A stretch of DNA of 50,243 bases, taken from IMG/VR virus record IMGVR_UViG_3300042905_001626, positions 1-50,243 of that record, one strand, 5' to 3'. This DNA is from a virus (lineage: Duplodnaviria > Caudoviricetes). The notes under the pieces are model-generated. The model did not search any database and was not told where the DNA came from. It saw only the letters and a program-made list of their open reading frames with translations. The translations under genes were made by a program, and so were the position numbers. Below are positions 16,263-25,701 of the stretch, in pieces. Each line of letters starts with the position of its first letter. Position 1 is the stretch's first letter.

Positions 16263-16945
16263 GCGTAGGCCTTTGCGCGGGGGCCGTGGATGATAATCGC
16301 CACACTAGCGGCGGCGGGTTTAAGGGCTCCATCGCAGGCGCGGCAGTCGATACATTTGCGGCCGTTAATATCTGAGGGGCAAGCGATTTCGTTAGTCGCT
16401 AGCGGTTCATCCTGGCGGCGTATGCGGTAGGTTCTCCAGCCCATGGCACGCGCTAAGTCTTGATCCTCTAGGCTCTCCACTGATGACATGCAAAGCTCGC
16501 GCATAGGCTGAGCCCATGGTTCGCGCCATTGATGGGTGTAACCGGTCCAGCCGTCCGCGCCTTCCAATACTCTGAGCCAGTGCTGTAAGGGGATCATCGC
16601 AGGATCACCGGCCGCGCCCATACGTACAACCCGGCCGGATACTATGCGGCGCATCATCGCAGGCTTTCGGCGTAGATCGATGTATCCGCCTCGGTGGTAG
16701 GTGTTCCATATATTCAGCGGCGCATGTCCCCAGTTCACATAGCAGGGGCCGCGCACTGGACAATCCCCACAATGCGAGCGGTCGGCACCGGTACGGCGTG
16801 CCATAGTGGGGCTTATGTCCTCTCTGATAATCCACGTCTGGACCATGTCGCCGGTCTTGCGGTTTTCTGACGCAAGCGTGGCGATTCCGATCAGCGGTGC
16901 GTTATCGATGGGGCTCTTGCCCCTATAAAACAGAAAACCGTTCAT
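16259..16945 (-). CDS. Cys-rich phage protein, possibly Fe-S/radical-SAM-like
   Basis: NRKTG...CGDCP...CY, VRMGAAGDP, YTHQW, CP...CIDCRAC...IHG motifs. Confidence 0.65.
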   Translation of the reverse strand: MNGFLFYRGKSPIDNAPLIGIATLASENRKTGDMVQTWIIREDISPTMARRTGADRSHCGDCPVRGPCYVNWGHAPLNIWNTYHRGGYIDLRRKPAMMRRIVSGRVVRMGAAGDPAMIPLQHWLRVLEGADGWTGYTHQWREPWAQPMRELCMSSVESLEDQDLARAMGWRTYRIRRQDEPLATNEIACPSDINGRKCIDCRACDGALKPAAASVAIIIHGPRAKAYA

Positions 16946-17205
16946 TGTTTGCCCTTTACTAGTGCGCGGACCAATTCAACGAGTCGCGGCAGTTCGCACT
17001 CATATGCTTGAAAAACAATTCCTCCGCCATAGGCGCGGTTGTGGTACTTGCGTCCCCCTAACTTGTTGGCGGCTTTGATTACGCGTTGATATCGTTCGGA
17101 TATCGTCATGGCGCCATGGTCGGCGCCTTCAGGCTCCAATGTCAAAAAATGGATCACGTGGCGCGGGTTGCCGTTGATGTCTGATTTGATTCTCTGAAAG
17201 TCCAT
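16942..17205 (-). CDS. Hypothetical protein
   Basis: DINGNPRHVIHF...GGRKYHN..YGGGIVFQ.Y; coupled. Confidence 0.7.
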   Translation of the reverse strand: MDFQRIKSDINGNPRHVIHFLTLEPEGADHGAMTISERYQRVIKAANKLGGRKYHNRAYGGGIVFQAYECELPRLVELVRALVKGKQ

Positions 17206-17207
17206 GA

Positions 17208-17528
17208 TTAACCCCTAATTCCTTTTTCAAAATCGGTTGGTGGATCGAATTGAGCGATCAACTGTCGCGCAATCGTGGCGCATGGCCAGCGGTCTTCGGT
17301 GGACCCATTGGCAAACTGCAAAGCGTCATGCTCGCGGACCATTTGCCTGAGAGCCAGTAGCAGATTAGGCGCTGCTGCAATCAATCGAGCGTTATCCTCT
17401 AGGTCACTTGCTGCTGTGCTGTTTTCTAACGCTGATAAGTGGGCAACCTCGAAGCCTTCGAAATCGACAATGATTGCCTCTGGTGCTTTTGGGTTGATGT
17501 CATAGAGCCATGGGCCGAGTGAGTGCAT
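17208..17528 (-). CDS. Phage 'HTPGPW...NARLIAAAP' family protein
   Basis: MHSLGPW...DNARLIAAAPNLLLAL. Confidence 0.75.
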   Translation of the reverse strand: MHSLGPWLYDINPKAPEAIIVDFEGFEVAHLSALENSTAASDLEDNARLIAAAPNLLLALRQMVREHDALQFANGSTEDRWPCATIARQLIAQFDPPTDFEKGIRG

Positions 17529-17557
17529 GTTTGTGTCCTAAAGGTTTGTCGTCTGGT

Positions 17558-17764
17558 TCAAATGGTGCAACAGCCACAACAGGGAGCGTCAATACAGCGG
17601 CCGGCTCGGTTGCGGTAATAGTCGCGGCCACCGATCACGATATGATCAACGCCTGCAAGCGTGGCGGTCTTGGTGCGCGGGTTCCAGAGAATCCGATCAC
17701 CGGGTTTGATGGGCTGCCCGGATCGTGCACAGCGGCCGGGTTTGCGTGCGGTCATATTGATCAT
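17558..17764 (-). CDS. Small Cys-rich protein
   Basis: MTARKPGRCARSGQPIKPGDRI...GRCIDAPCCGCCT. Confidence 0.65.
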   Translation of the reverse strand: MINMTARKPGRCARSGQPIKPGDRILWNPRTKTATLAGVDHIVIGGRDYYRNRAGRCIDAPCCGCCTI

Positions 17765-17769
17765 GGCGG

Positions 17770-17958
17770 TTAGTCCAAGTCGAGGGCCATCTGGCCACGG
17801 TTGCGGGGCTGGCGTGGTCGCCATTCCTCAGCGTCAATAATTTCCTGGTCGATAATTGCAGGGTGCTCAAAGCTGTAATCAAGCCCTTCGATTACCGCAT
17901 CAATATCGCAATCGTCTTGGATGTAGAGCGCGACCGTCACATGCACGATTCGGCTCAT
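17770..17958 (-). CDS. Hypothetical protein
   Basis: ATGA-coupled, GAGGT RBS. Confidence 0.55.
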   Translation of the reverse strand: MSRIVHVTVALYIQDDCDIDAVIEGLDYSFEHPAIIDQEIIDAEEWRPRQPRNRGQMALDLD

Positions 17959-18257
17959 GACTGCACCTCGATAGGCTCGAACCAAGCCAGCAGCCAGCAG
18001 CAGGAAGGAAAGCCGCGGGAGTCGTGGCGTAGGTGCTCGGCGGGTTTATCAGTACCAAGAGGGAAGTTATAAAGCTCGGCGCATTCAAAGCCATGGGCTC
18101 GCATGGCTTGATCGGTCACGGCGAAGCTATCGCGGCCGATAGCAGCCACAAAGCCTCTTCCAACGTGGCCCTGGTGCATCATCGAATTGCATGCTTCGAG
18201 GTCTTTCATGATGGATAGGCGCTCGGGCCATGTGCGCTCGGTGTATGGTTTGTTCAT
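17955..18257 (-). CDS. Hypothetical protein
   Basis: GGAG RBS; in block. Confidence 0.55.
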   Translation of the reverse strand: MNKPYTERTWPERLSIMKDLEACNSMMHQGHVGRGFVAAIGRDSFAVTDQAMRAHGFECAELYNFPLGTDKPAEHLRHDSRGFPSCCWLLAWFEPIEVQS

Positions 18258-18321
18258 GCTGTCTGCTCCAGTTCAAGAGGAAGGGTTACATCATCACCAA
18301 GCCCGATTAGTTCATTGGTTT

Positions 18322-18519
18322 TCATGCTTGCCCCCTTTCCGCTAGCTGGCGATTGAATCGGCCGGTGATTACAACGCGACCCCAGTCGGCCGGGTAGCAT
18401 CGCGCCCAGTCCAAGGCTTCGCGGTATGTGTGCGCCTTGTGGGTGTATGTGCCTTCAGTCGATAGCACTCTGACGGTAAAGGGTGCCAGGGTTAAAGCTA
18501 AGCGGTTAAGTCGTTTCAT
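18322..18519 (-). CDS. Hypothetical protein
   Basis: ORF in the leftward block. Confidence 0.55.
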   Translation of the reverse strand: MKRLNRLALTLAPFTVRVLSTEGTYTHKAHTYREALDWARCYPADWGRVVITGRFNRQLAERGQA

Positions 18520-18590
18520 ATTGGTTCTCTCTGGTTACGGTGCAAAGCGCACCCAAAGGCCCCCAGTGGGGGCTATTGGCTAGGCTCTGG

Positions 18591-18929
18591 CTAAATGCAA
18601 GCGGCGATGGATTCAATGAAAGCATCGGCGGCGGTAATCTCACGGGCGATCATGTCAGCGTAATAGGTGGCTTCGTGGTCCGTGGCGCGGCTTTTCCGGG
18701 TTAGGTCGATTAGCTTGTCTGTGTGATAGTTGCAGAGGGAGCCATAAGCGATCAAGGCCCCGGTTTTCGCAAAGCCAGTATCGACTAGGGCTCTGATGCG
18801 ATCGTTTGATTTGATACGCTGAGTCATGATTCCGTTAGGGTTGAAAGCATGAAAGCGGATTTTGTCGATATTGCTCCAGCTATTCTTGCAAGCGGTTGCG
18901 GTCCGTGTGATGTATTGATAGCGTGTCAT
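18591..18929 (-). CDS. Hypothetical protein
   Basis: GGAG RBS; first ORF of the leftward block. Confidence 0.55.
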   Translation of the reverse strand: MTRYQYITRTATACKNSWSNIDKIRFHAFNPNGIMTQRIKSNDRIRALVDTGFAKTGALIAYGSLCNYHTDKLIDLTRKSRATDHEATYYADMIAREITAADAFIESIAACI

Positions 18930-19110
18930 GTCATAAGCTCCATAGAGTAGGCGCAGGATTACGCCTCACAATATACACAACGGCTATCACCTATTGTCAG
19001 TTTACACAAAACAGGGAATAACTGATTGATGGTAGGTTCTGGCAGCCAGGCGGTTGACTGCGACCGATAAGCGGTTAGAATGCGTTCTTATTTCGTTCAC
19101 ATAGGCAAGC

Positions 19111-20022
19111 ATGGCAGCAGAGTTACCAGAGGCAGCAGTCAGGGCAATAGGTAAAGGCATACCAGCAGACAAGGTGCTGCTACCAGGGTTAAACCTTACG
19201 CCCCAGGAAAAAGCATTTGTCCGGGAGATAGCAGAGGGAGCGACTAAGCGCGATGCATACATTACGGCGTATGAGCCCAAAGGAAAGTCACGGAGTACGA
19301 CAACGTCAGCCTGGCGCGTGGCAGAGCGTGAGAATGTGAAGCAAGCCATCGCGGTGCAAGAGGGGATCCAGCGGTTGAGGTATTCGCAGAACCCCCTTCA
19401 GATAAGGGAATTCGTGGTCGATTCGCTCCAGCATTTAGCACGGACCGCCAAGCGTGACGCGGACCGGCTCGCGGCTCTCAAGATGCTAGGCCAGCTTGCG
19501 GACGTTCAAGCCTTCGAGACTAAGTCAGTGGTCGAGCACCGCAGTGGCAATGATACGCGCCAGCGGTTGGCAGACAAGCTAAAGCGGTTGACGATCGACG
19601 TTGACGCACGCCAGGCTAGTGATGGGGAGGGGGAGGAGGACCCCACCCTAGGGGGGGAGGGCCAAACAGGCCGGGTGCCTGGGGGCGGCGCTAGGTCTAA
19701 TAATCCACACAAACAATCCGCAGAAAATTTAAATCCACACGAACAATTTCCCAACTCTACCGATGACCAAGAGGGTACCCCCTACGAAAGTTCTAATATC
19801 ACGCCACGTGGCGTAATTACAGGGGAAGAGGCCCCCTATGAAGAGGAAGTGGGTTCCCATACGGGGGTAGGTAAAAAAAAGAAGGAGAGGCCTATATGGG
19901 AGGATCCGAAGAGATGGTATGCGGAGACGATGGGGGAGGTGCCGAAGATTGAGTGGGCACCGAGGGAGGATGCTAGGGAGGAGGTACAGAAGAGGTTGAA
20001 AGATGACGAAGGCGGAGGCTAA
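19111..20022 (+). CDS. terS: Terminase small subunit with long low-complexity C-terminal extension
   Basis: LTPQEKAFVREIAEG...DAYITAY...RLAALKMLGQ pattern; lies upstream of terL. Confidence 0.75.
   Translation: MAAELPEAAVRAIGKGIPADKVLLPGLNLTPQEKAFVREIAEGATKRDAYITAYEPKGKSRSTTTSAWRVAERENVKQAIAVQEGIQRLRYSQNPLQIREFVVDSLQHLARTAKRDADRLAALKMLGQLADVQAFETKSVVEHRSGNDTRQRLADKLKRLTIDVDARQASDGEGEEDPTLGGEGQTGRVPGGGARSNNPHKQSAENLNPHEQFPNSTDDQEGTPYESSNITPRGVITGEEAPYEEEVGSHTGVGKKKKERPIWEDPKRWYAETMGEVPKIEWAPREDAREEVQKRLKDDEGGG
19796..19819. repeat. Palindrome, copy 3 (in terS)
   Basis: ATATCACGCCACGTGGCGTAATTA. Confidence 0.85.
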
Positions 20023-20221
20023 GGTATTTTTGGCGGTGAAGACTTGGTGGGAGCTATATCATTTTTCGCCGACGTATGACGATATACGGTTTGTGTTATT
20101 GCAGGAGAGTAAGAGTAACGTGCATAGGCTTGTAAGGAGTTTATGTAAACAGGGGTATTTGAAGCGGATACCTGGGAAGTCCAGGAGTATTAGGGTGATT
20201 AAGAAGAAAGATGGATCTTAG
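20003..20221 (+). CDS. LexA DNA-binding-domain-like winged-HTH protein
   Basis: FSPTYDDI...SKSNVHRLVRSLCKQGYLKRIPGKSRSIRV. Confidence 0.8.
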   Translation: MTKAEAKVFLAVKTWWELYHFSPTYDDIRFVLLQESKSNVHRLVRSLCKQGYLKRIPGKSRSIRVIKKKDGS

Positions 20222-22727
20222 GGCGTTAGCTAAAGCGGCGGCAGGGAAACTTCATTTATTGACGAGTGAAGAGCAGGAGCTATTGCTTAGGGAGTTAGAA
20301 GAATTAGAGAAGGAGGAAGAGAAGAATAAGGCGCAGCATGAGTTCATGGGGTTTGTGAAACAAATGTGGCCGGGGTTTATACCGGGACGGCACCATGAAA
20401 TTGTGGCTAGGGCGTTTGAGGATGTGGTGAATGGGAAGAATAAGCGGTTGATTATTAACATGGCACCGAGGCACACGAAGTCTGAGTTTGCTTCTTATTT
20501 GCTGCCCGCTTGGTTCTTGGGGAAGTATCCTGGAAAGAAGGTGATTCAGACATCACATACAGCGGAATTGGCCGTTGGGTTTGGTAGGAAGGTAAGGAAC
20601 CTTATTGATTCAGATACCTATCACAAGGTATTTGATGATGTGAAGCTAAAAGCTGATAACAAGAGTGCTGGGCGATGGGCCACGAACAAGGGCGGTGAGT
20701 ATTTTTCGATTGGTGTGGGCGGATCGGTGACAGGTAAGGGTGCTGATCTATTGATTATTGATGATCCACATTCTGAACAAGAAGCTAAGTTGGCTGCTCA
20801 TAAGCCTGATGTGTTTGATTCAGTGTATGACTGGTATACGTCAGGTCCACGTCAGCGTCTTCAGCCGGGTGGGGCCATTATAATAGTTATGACAAGATGG
20901 TCGCTCAGAGACCTGACCGGGCAAGTGATCAAGGCAAGTCAGACAAGGGGCGGTGATGAGTGGGAGGTGATAGAACTTCCAGCGATATTGCCATCTGGCC
21001 GACCGATGTGGCCGGAGTTTTGGAAGTTAGAAGAATTACTGGCGCTGAAAGATGAATTGCCGGTAGGTAAATGGAATGCTCAGTATCAGCAACAGCCGAC
21101 TGCTGAAGAAGGTGCGATTGTAAAGCGGGAATGGTGGAAGATTTGGAAGCATGACAGGCCACCGGCATGTGATTTTGTGATTCAGAGCTGGGATACGGCG
21201 TTTTTAAAGCACAACCGGGCGGATTTTTCGGCTTGTACGACCTGGGGGGTGTGGACAAATGAGGACGGAGAGACCAATATCATCCTTTTAGACGCCTTTA
21301 AGGACCGCTATGAGTTTCCAGAACTTAAGCAAAAGGCTTATGAGACCTACACCGAATGGCAACCGGACGTATTTTTGGTTGAAGCAAAGGCAGCCGGAAG
21401 CCCGTTGGTCTTTGAACTCCGCCGGATGGGTATACCAGTCAGTGAATACAGCCCCACCAAAGGTAACGACAAGATCGTAAGGATGAATGCGGTTGCAGAT
21501 TTGTTTGCATCAGGACGAATCTGGGCGCCAGAACGTAAGTTTGCTGATGAAGTGATCGAGGAAGTAGCGGCTTTTCCTGCCGGTGAACATGATGACCTTT
21601 GCCTTGTGGCGGACACCATGATTCTTATGGCGGACGGCATGGAAAAGCGCATCGATCAAGTTAAAGACGGTGATTTGGTTGCCACACCGGATGGACCAAG
21701 GATGGTTTTAGCTGCTGGATGTACGGGATATAAAGAAACCATGACGCTTAAAGTCGGTCGATATGCTATCCAAGGAACGGGTAATCACCCGGTTGCAACC
21801 AAAAGGGGCTGGGTATGCATACAGGATATTGATCCTAATGATGCTATACTTGTCGAATCAAGACAGGAGCAGTCATCATGGTATTTGCAAGTCAAGGCAT
21901 TACGTCAGAGGTTGTCGTATTTAATGGCCGCAGGTACAGGCGCTATCCAAACGCTAAGCAAGCCACACACCGCAAGTATTTTTCAAGGTCTGGGGCGCTA
22001 TTACACAGGGATATTTGGGAGTTTCACAACGGGACCATACCGGCAGGACATCAAATACACCACAAGAATGGCGATCCATCAGACAATCGATTGGAAAACT
22101 TGGAGTGCGTCAGCGTATCTGATCACAAAGAACGGCACAAAGAAGAAATTATCCAGCGAGGGCAAAGCGAACAATCTATTAAGCACCTTGAAGCTATTCG
22201 ACGCTTGGCGGCTGTTTGGCACGCAAGCCCAGAGGGTATTGAATGGCACAAAAAACATGCTGCAAACTCTATTGCAAAACGTGATCCCAAATGGAGAGAC
22301 AAAAAGCCTTGGCTCACGGTTGCTTGTGAGGTATGCAAAAAGATTTTTGAAACAAAAAACACTCGCAAGTCTATTTGCTCAACAGCATGCACATCAAAAA
22401 AACGAAACGATAAGCAGCGAGAAGAGCAGCTTTCAAAGCCATACACATGCTTGCAGTGCAACAAAATTTATTTCACCGTCCAAAAACGAAAAAAGTTTTG
22501 TGGCCGTGTGTGCGGGCAAGCCTTCAATCGAGCAAGCAGGAAGGCAAGCCGTTTATAACTTGGCCGTTGAAGGTTCGCATTGTTATTTTGCCAACAAAGT
22601 TCTTGTTCATAACTGCGATTCCATGACACAGGCCCTACTTAGGTTTAGGCAAGGCGGGTTCTTGAGCCTACAATCCGACGACGAAGACCGTGAGTCTATT
22701 TACCGCCGCAAGGTTGCATATTATTAG
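20211..22727 (+). CDS. terL: Terminase large subunit with intein (838-aa precursor, about 500 aa spliced)
   Basis: MAPRHTKS Walker A, LLIIDDPH Walker B, QSWDTA and HDDL/CDS nuclease motifs. Confidence 0.95.
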   Translation: MDLRALAKAAAGKLHLLTSEEQELLLRELEELEKEEEKNKAQHEFMGFVKQMWPGFIPGRHHEIVARAFEDVVNGKNKRLIINMAPRHTKSEFASYLLPAWFLGKYPGKKVIQTSHTAELAVGFGRKVRNLIDSDTYHKVFDDVKLKADNKSAGRWATNKGGEYFSIGVGGSVTGKGADLLIIDDPHSEQEAKLAAHKPDVFDSVYDWYTSGPRQRLQPGGAIIIVMTRWSLRDLTGQVIKASQTRGGDEWEVIELPAILPSGRPMWPEFWKLEELLALKDELPVGKWNAQYQQQPTAEEGAIVKREWWKIWKHDRPPACDFVIQSWDTAFLKHNRADFSACTTWGVWTNEDGETNIILLDAFKDRYEFPELKQKAYETYTEWQPDVFLVEAKAAGSPLVFELRRMGIPVSEYSPTKGNDKIVRMNAVADLFASGRIWAPERKFADEVIEEVAAFPAGEHDDLCLVADTMILMADGMEKRIDQVKDGDLVATPDGPRMVLAAGCTGYKETMTLKVGRYAIQGTGNHPVATKRGWVCIQDIDPNDAILVESRQEQSSWYLQVKALRQRLSYLMAAGTGAIQTLSKPHTASIFQGLGRYYTGIFGSFTTGPYRQDIKYTTRMAIHQTIDWKTWSASAYLITKNGTKKKLSSEGKANNLLSTLKLFDAWRLFGTQAQRVLNGTKNMLQTLLQNVIPNGETKSLGSRLLVRYAKRFLKQKTLASLFAQQHAHQKNETISSEKSSFQSHTHACSATKFISPSKNEKSFVAVCAGKPSIEQAGRQAVYNLAVEGSHCYFANKVLVHNCDSMTQALLRFRQGGFLSLQSDDEDRESIYRRKVAYY
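21600..22613 (+). mobile_element. Intein in TerL (residues 464-801, 338 aa)
   Basis: Starts CLVADTMILMADG (block A); TGNHPV (block B); VYNLAVEGSHCYFANKVLVHN (blocks F/G); +1 Cys. Removal restores HDDL|CDSMTQAL. Confidence 0.95.
21878..22558 (+). CDS. HNH homing endonuclease with Zn-finger repeats, nested out of frame within the intein
   Basis: LHRDIWEFHNGTIPAGHQIHHKNGDPSDNRLENLECVSVSDHKERH; CEVC...CSTAC and CLQC...CGRVC; AGGAG RBS at 21865-21869. Confidence 0.9.
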   Translation: MVFASQGITSEVVVFNGRRYRRYPNAKQATHRKYFSRSGALLHRDIWEFHNGTIPAGHQIHHKNGDPSDNRLENLECVSVSDHKERHKEEIIQRGQSEQSIKHLEAIRRLAAVWHASPEGIEWHKKHAANSIAKRDPKWRDKKPWLTVACEVCKKIFETKNTRKSICSTACTSKKRNDKQREEQLSKPYTCLQCNKIYFTVQKRKKFCGRVCGQAFNRASRKASRL

Positions 22728-22735
22728 GAGCCCTT

Positions 22736-25138
22736 ATGGCTATTGAGCCTGCACTCTACCCAGCACCACTTGGCCTTGATGCCGCCATGGAAGAGCCCAT
22801 GGACGTGGAAATTGAAATCGAAGAGCCAGAGATTATTTCATCAGAAGGCGTTGAGATCACACTTGAGTTAGAGCGAGATCAGCCAGAAGATCATGATGCA
22901 AACCTTGCTGAGTACATCGATGACAGGGACTTGGCGACGATTGCTTCGGATTTACTAGAGGATTTTGAGACGGATAAGTCTTCTAGGAAGGAATGGGTAG
23001 AGACCTATGCAGATGGCTTGAAGCTTTTAGGTTTGAAATACGAAGAGCGAACAGAGCCATGGCCAGGGGCGTGCGGTGTGTTTTATCCATTGCTATCTGA
23101 AGCGGCAGTTAGGTTCCAAGCAGAAAGCATTATGGAGACGTTTCCTGCTTCCGGCCCGGTGAAGACACAGATTGTTGGTAGTCTTACCAAGGAGAAGGAA
23201 GATGCAGCCGAGCGTGTCAAAGATGACATGAATTATCGGTTGACAGAAGAAATGCCAGAGTACAGGCCAGAGCATGAGAAGATGCTTTGGTCCCTGGCAT
23301 TAGCAGGATCAGCATTTAAGAAGGTGTACTACGACCCGTCATTAGGCCGGCCGGTATCCATGTTCATACCTGCTGAAGATATCGTGGTGCCATTTGGCGC
23401 AAGTGATTTGAGAAGCTCACCGCGAATCACACACATCATGCGTAAGACACCTAATGAGGTGAAGAAGCTTCAGCACGCAGGATTCTGGCGGGATGTTGAT
23501 CTTGGCGAGCCATCAGTTGCGTTAAGTGATGTAGAAAAACGCAAGGCCGAAGAAGAAGGTATGACAGCAACGATGGATGACCGGTACAGGATACTGGAGA
23601 TCCATGCTGAATTAGATATACCGGGTTTTGAAGATACGGACAAAGACGGCCCCACGGGTATTGCATTACCGTATGTCGTTACGATTGATGAGGGTACCAA
23701 TAAAGTATTGGCTATTCGCAGAAATTGGTATCAAGAAGATCCATTAAAACTTAAGCGAATGCATTTTGTTCATTATCCATATATTCCAGGATTTGGATTT
23801 TATGGATTCGGATTAATTCATTTAGTTGGTGCATTTGCTAAATCAGGTACATCATTAATTCGCCAATTAGTTGACGCAGGAACATTATCTAATTTACCGG
23901 GCGGATTAAAATCACGTGGATTAAGAGTTAAAGGCGATGACACGCCAATTGCACCGGGTGAATTCAGAGATGTAGACGTTCCATCCGGTTCAATTAGAGA
24001 TAATATTTTGCCGCTTCCTTATAAAGAACCGAGCCAAGTATTATTTGAATTATTAAAAACAATTGTTGCAGAAGGTAGACGATTTGCTGCAACAGCCGAT
24101 ATGCAAATTTCTGATTTATCGGCAAATACACCGGTCGGGACAACGCTTGCTGTATTAGAGCGCACGTTAAAAGTTATGTCAGCAGTTCAGGCGCGTTTGC
24201 ATTATTCAATGCGCCAGGAATTTAAATTACTTGCTGCAATTATTCGTGACTACACACCGACCGAATACAGCTATGACGTAGATGCTGCAACGGGCAGGAT
24301 GGTTAAGCAGGCCGATTACGATACGGTCGATGTCATACCGGTATCGGATCCCAATGCAACAACACTTGCTCAAAGGGTTACGCAATACCAGGCTGTACTT
24401 CAGTTAGCCGCTCAGTCGCCACAGATCTATGACATGCCAGAGCTTCATAAGCGCATGTTGGAAGTTCTGGGCATTAAGAATATTGACAAGCTCATACCCG
24501 CTGCCAAAGCAGAGCAGCCACGGGATCCGGTATCGGAGAACATGGCTATTCTTAATATGCAGCCGGTTAAGGCATTTATCTATCAGGACCATGAGGCTCA
24601 CCTCGCAGTCCATATGGCAGCCATTCAAGATCCGATGTTGCGCCAACAGGTTCAGCAAAACCCGATGGGCGGTCAGATGATGGCAGCAGCCATGGCTCAC
24701 ATTAACGAGCACTTGGCGTTCTTGTACCGCAAACAGCTTGAACAGCAAATTGGCGTACCGCTTCCTCCGCCTGATACACCGTTACCTGAAGACTTCGAGG
24801 TTGAGATCTCTAGGTTGGCAGCACGTGGTGCTCAACAATTATTGCAACAGCACACGGCAGAGGCGCAGCAGCAACAGGCACAGCAGCAGATGCAGGATCC
24901 GTTGGTGCAGATGCAGCAGGCGGAGTTGGCATTGAAGCAAGCCAAGGAGCAGCGTGAGGCTCAGAAGGACCAGGCTGATATTGCACTGAAAGCACAGGCT
25001 CAACAAGACAAGGTTCGCCTTGAAGAAGAGCGCATTAGAAGTATGCAGCAGATTGCTGAACAGAATATTGCGGCCAAGATGATTGATAAGGCGGCAGATA
25101 TTCAGCGTGACAAGTATTTAGTTCGTAAGGAGCGGTGA
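22736..25138 (+). CDS. Portal protein
   Basis: 800 aa directly after terL; Q-rich C-terminal coiled coil like P22-type portals. Confidence 0.85.
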   Translation: MAIEPALYPAPLGLDAAMEEPMDVEIEIEEPEIISSEGVEITLELERDQPEDHDANLAEYIDDRDLATIASDLLEDFETDKSSRKEWVETYADGLKLLGLKYEERTEPWPGACGVFYPLLSEAAVRFQAESIMETFPASGPVKTQIVGSLTKEKEDAAERVKDDMNYRLTEEMPEYRPEHEKMLWSLALAGSAFKKVYYDPSLGRPVSMFIPAEDIVVPFGASDLRSSPRITHIMRKTPNEVKKLQHAGFWRDVDLGEPSVALSDVEKRKAEEEGMTATMDDRYRILEIHAELDIPGFEDTDKDGPTGIALPYVVTIDEGTNKVLAIRRNWYQEDPLKLKRMHFVHYPYIPGFGFYGFGLIHLVGAFAKSGTSLIRQLVDAGTLSNLPGGLKSRGLRVKGDDTPIAPGEFRDVDVPSGSIRDNILPLPYKEPSQVLFELLKTIVAEGRRFAATADMQISDLSANTPVGTTLAVLERTLKVMSAVQARLHYSMRQEFKLLAAIIRDYTPTEYSYDVDAATGRMVKQADYDTVDVIPVSDPNATTLAQRVTQYQAVLQLAAQSPQIYDMPELHKRMLEVLGIKNIDKLIPAAKAEQPRDPVSENMAILNMQPVKAFIYQDHEAHLAVHMAAIQDPMLRQQVQQNPMGGQMMAAAMAHINEHLAFLYRKQLEQQIGVPLPPPDTPLPEDFEVEISRLAARGAQQLLQQHTAEAQQQQAQQQMQDPLVQMQQAELALKQAKEQREAQKDQADIALKAQAQQDKVRLEEERIRSMQQIAEQNIAAKMIDKAADIQRDKYLVRKER

Positions 25139-25326
25139 TGGATTTTTCAGAAGCCGTTTCACTGGAAATAAACAAGCAGATCCGCTATGCGGAGGAACAG
25201 CTTGCACAAGGAAGTATGAAGTCCTTTGAGGACTACAAGTTCGTCTGCGGTCAGATTCAAGGTCTCCTGATCGCAAGACGCATAAACGAAGACCTTGCCA
25301 ATCGTATGAAGGACCATGATGACTGA
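25135..25326 (+). CDS. Hypothetical head-module protein
   Basis: Coupled ORF; Y...CGQIQGL pattern. Confidence 0.7.
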   Translation: MMDFSEAVSLEINKQIRYAEEQLAQGSMKSFEDYKFVCGQIQGLLIARRINEDLANRMKDHDD

Positions 25327-25690
25327 TTTATCTGAGGTATCTCAGCAGGAAGAAACAGCAACACAATTACCAAATCCTACGGGTTACAGGATGTTGTGTG
25401 CGCTGCCAGAAGTAGAGGACAAGTTTTCCAACGGCATTTTGAAGCCTGATGCGTTGGCAAAGCTTGAGGAGTTCAGCACGGTTGTTTTGTTTGTTATCAA
25501 ACAAGGACCCGATTGCTACAAAGATCAGTCAAAGTTTCCAACAGGCCCATGGTGTAAAGAGGGCGACTTTGTTTTGGTACGGGCGTATTCCGGTACGCGA
25601 TTCAAAATCCACGGACGAGAGTTCCGCCTTATCAACGATGACACGGTAGAAGGTGTTGTTGAAGATCCACGCGGTTATAGCCGCGCATAA
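25316..25690 (+). CDS. GroES/Cpn10-like co-chaperonin
   Basis: PTGYRML...GIL...GPDCY...KEGDFVL...YSGTRFKIHGREFRLINDDTVEGVV. Confidence 0.85.
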   Translation: MMTDLSEVSQQEETATQLPNPTGYRMLCALPEVEDKFSNGILKPDALAKLEEFSTVVLFVIKQGPDCYKDQSKFPTGPWCKEGDFVLVRAYSGTRFKIHGREFRLINDDTVEGVVEDPRGYSRA

Positions 25691-25701
25691 GGGAGTTAAC
25701 A

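Noticed and set aside
18521-18532. AGAGAGAACCA on the minus strand resembling the loop repeat
   Set aside because: Single copy in an RBS position with no 36-nt periodicity.
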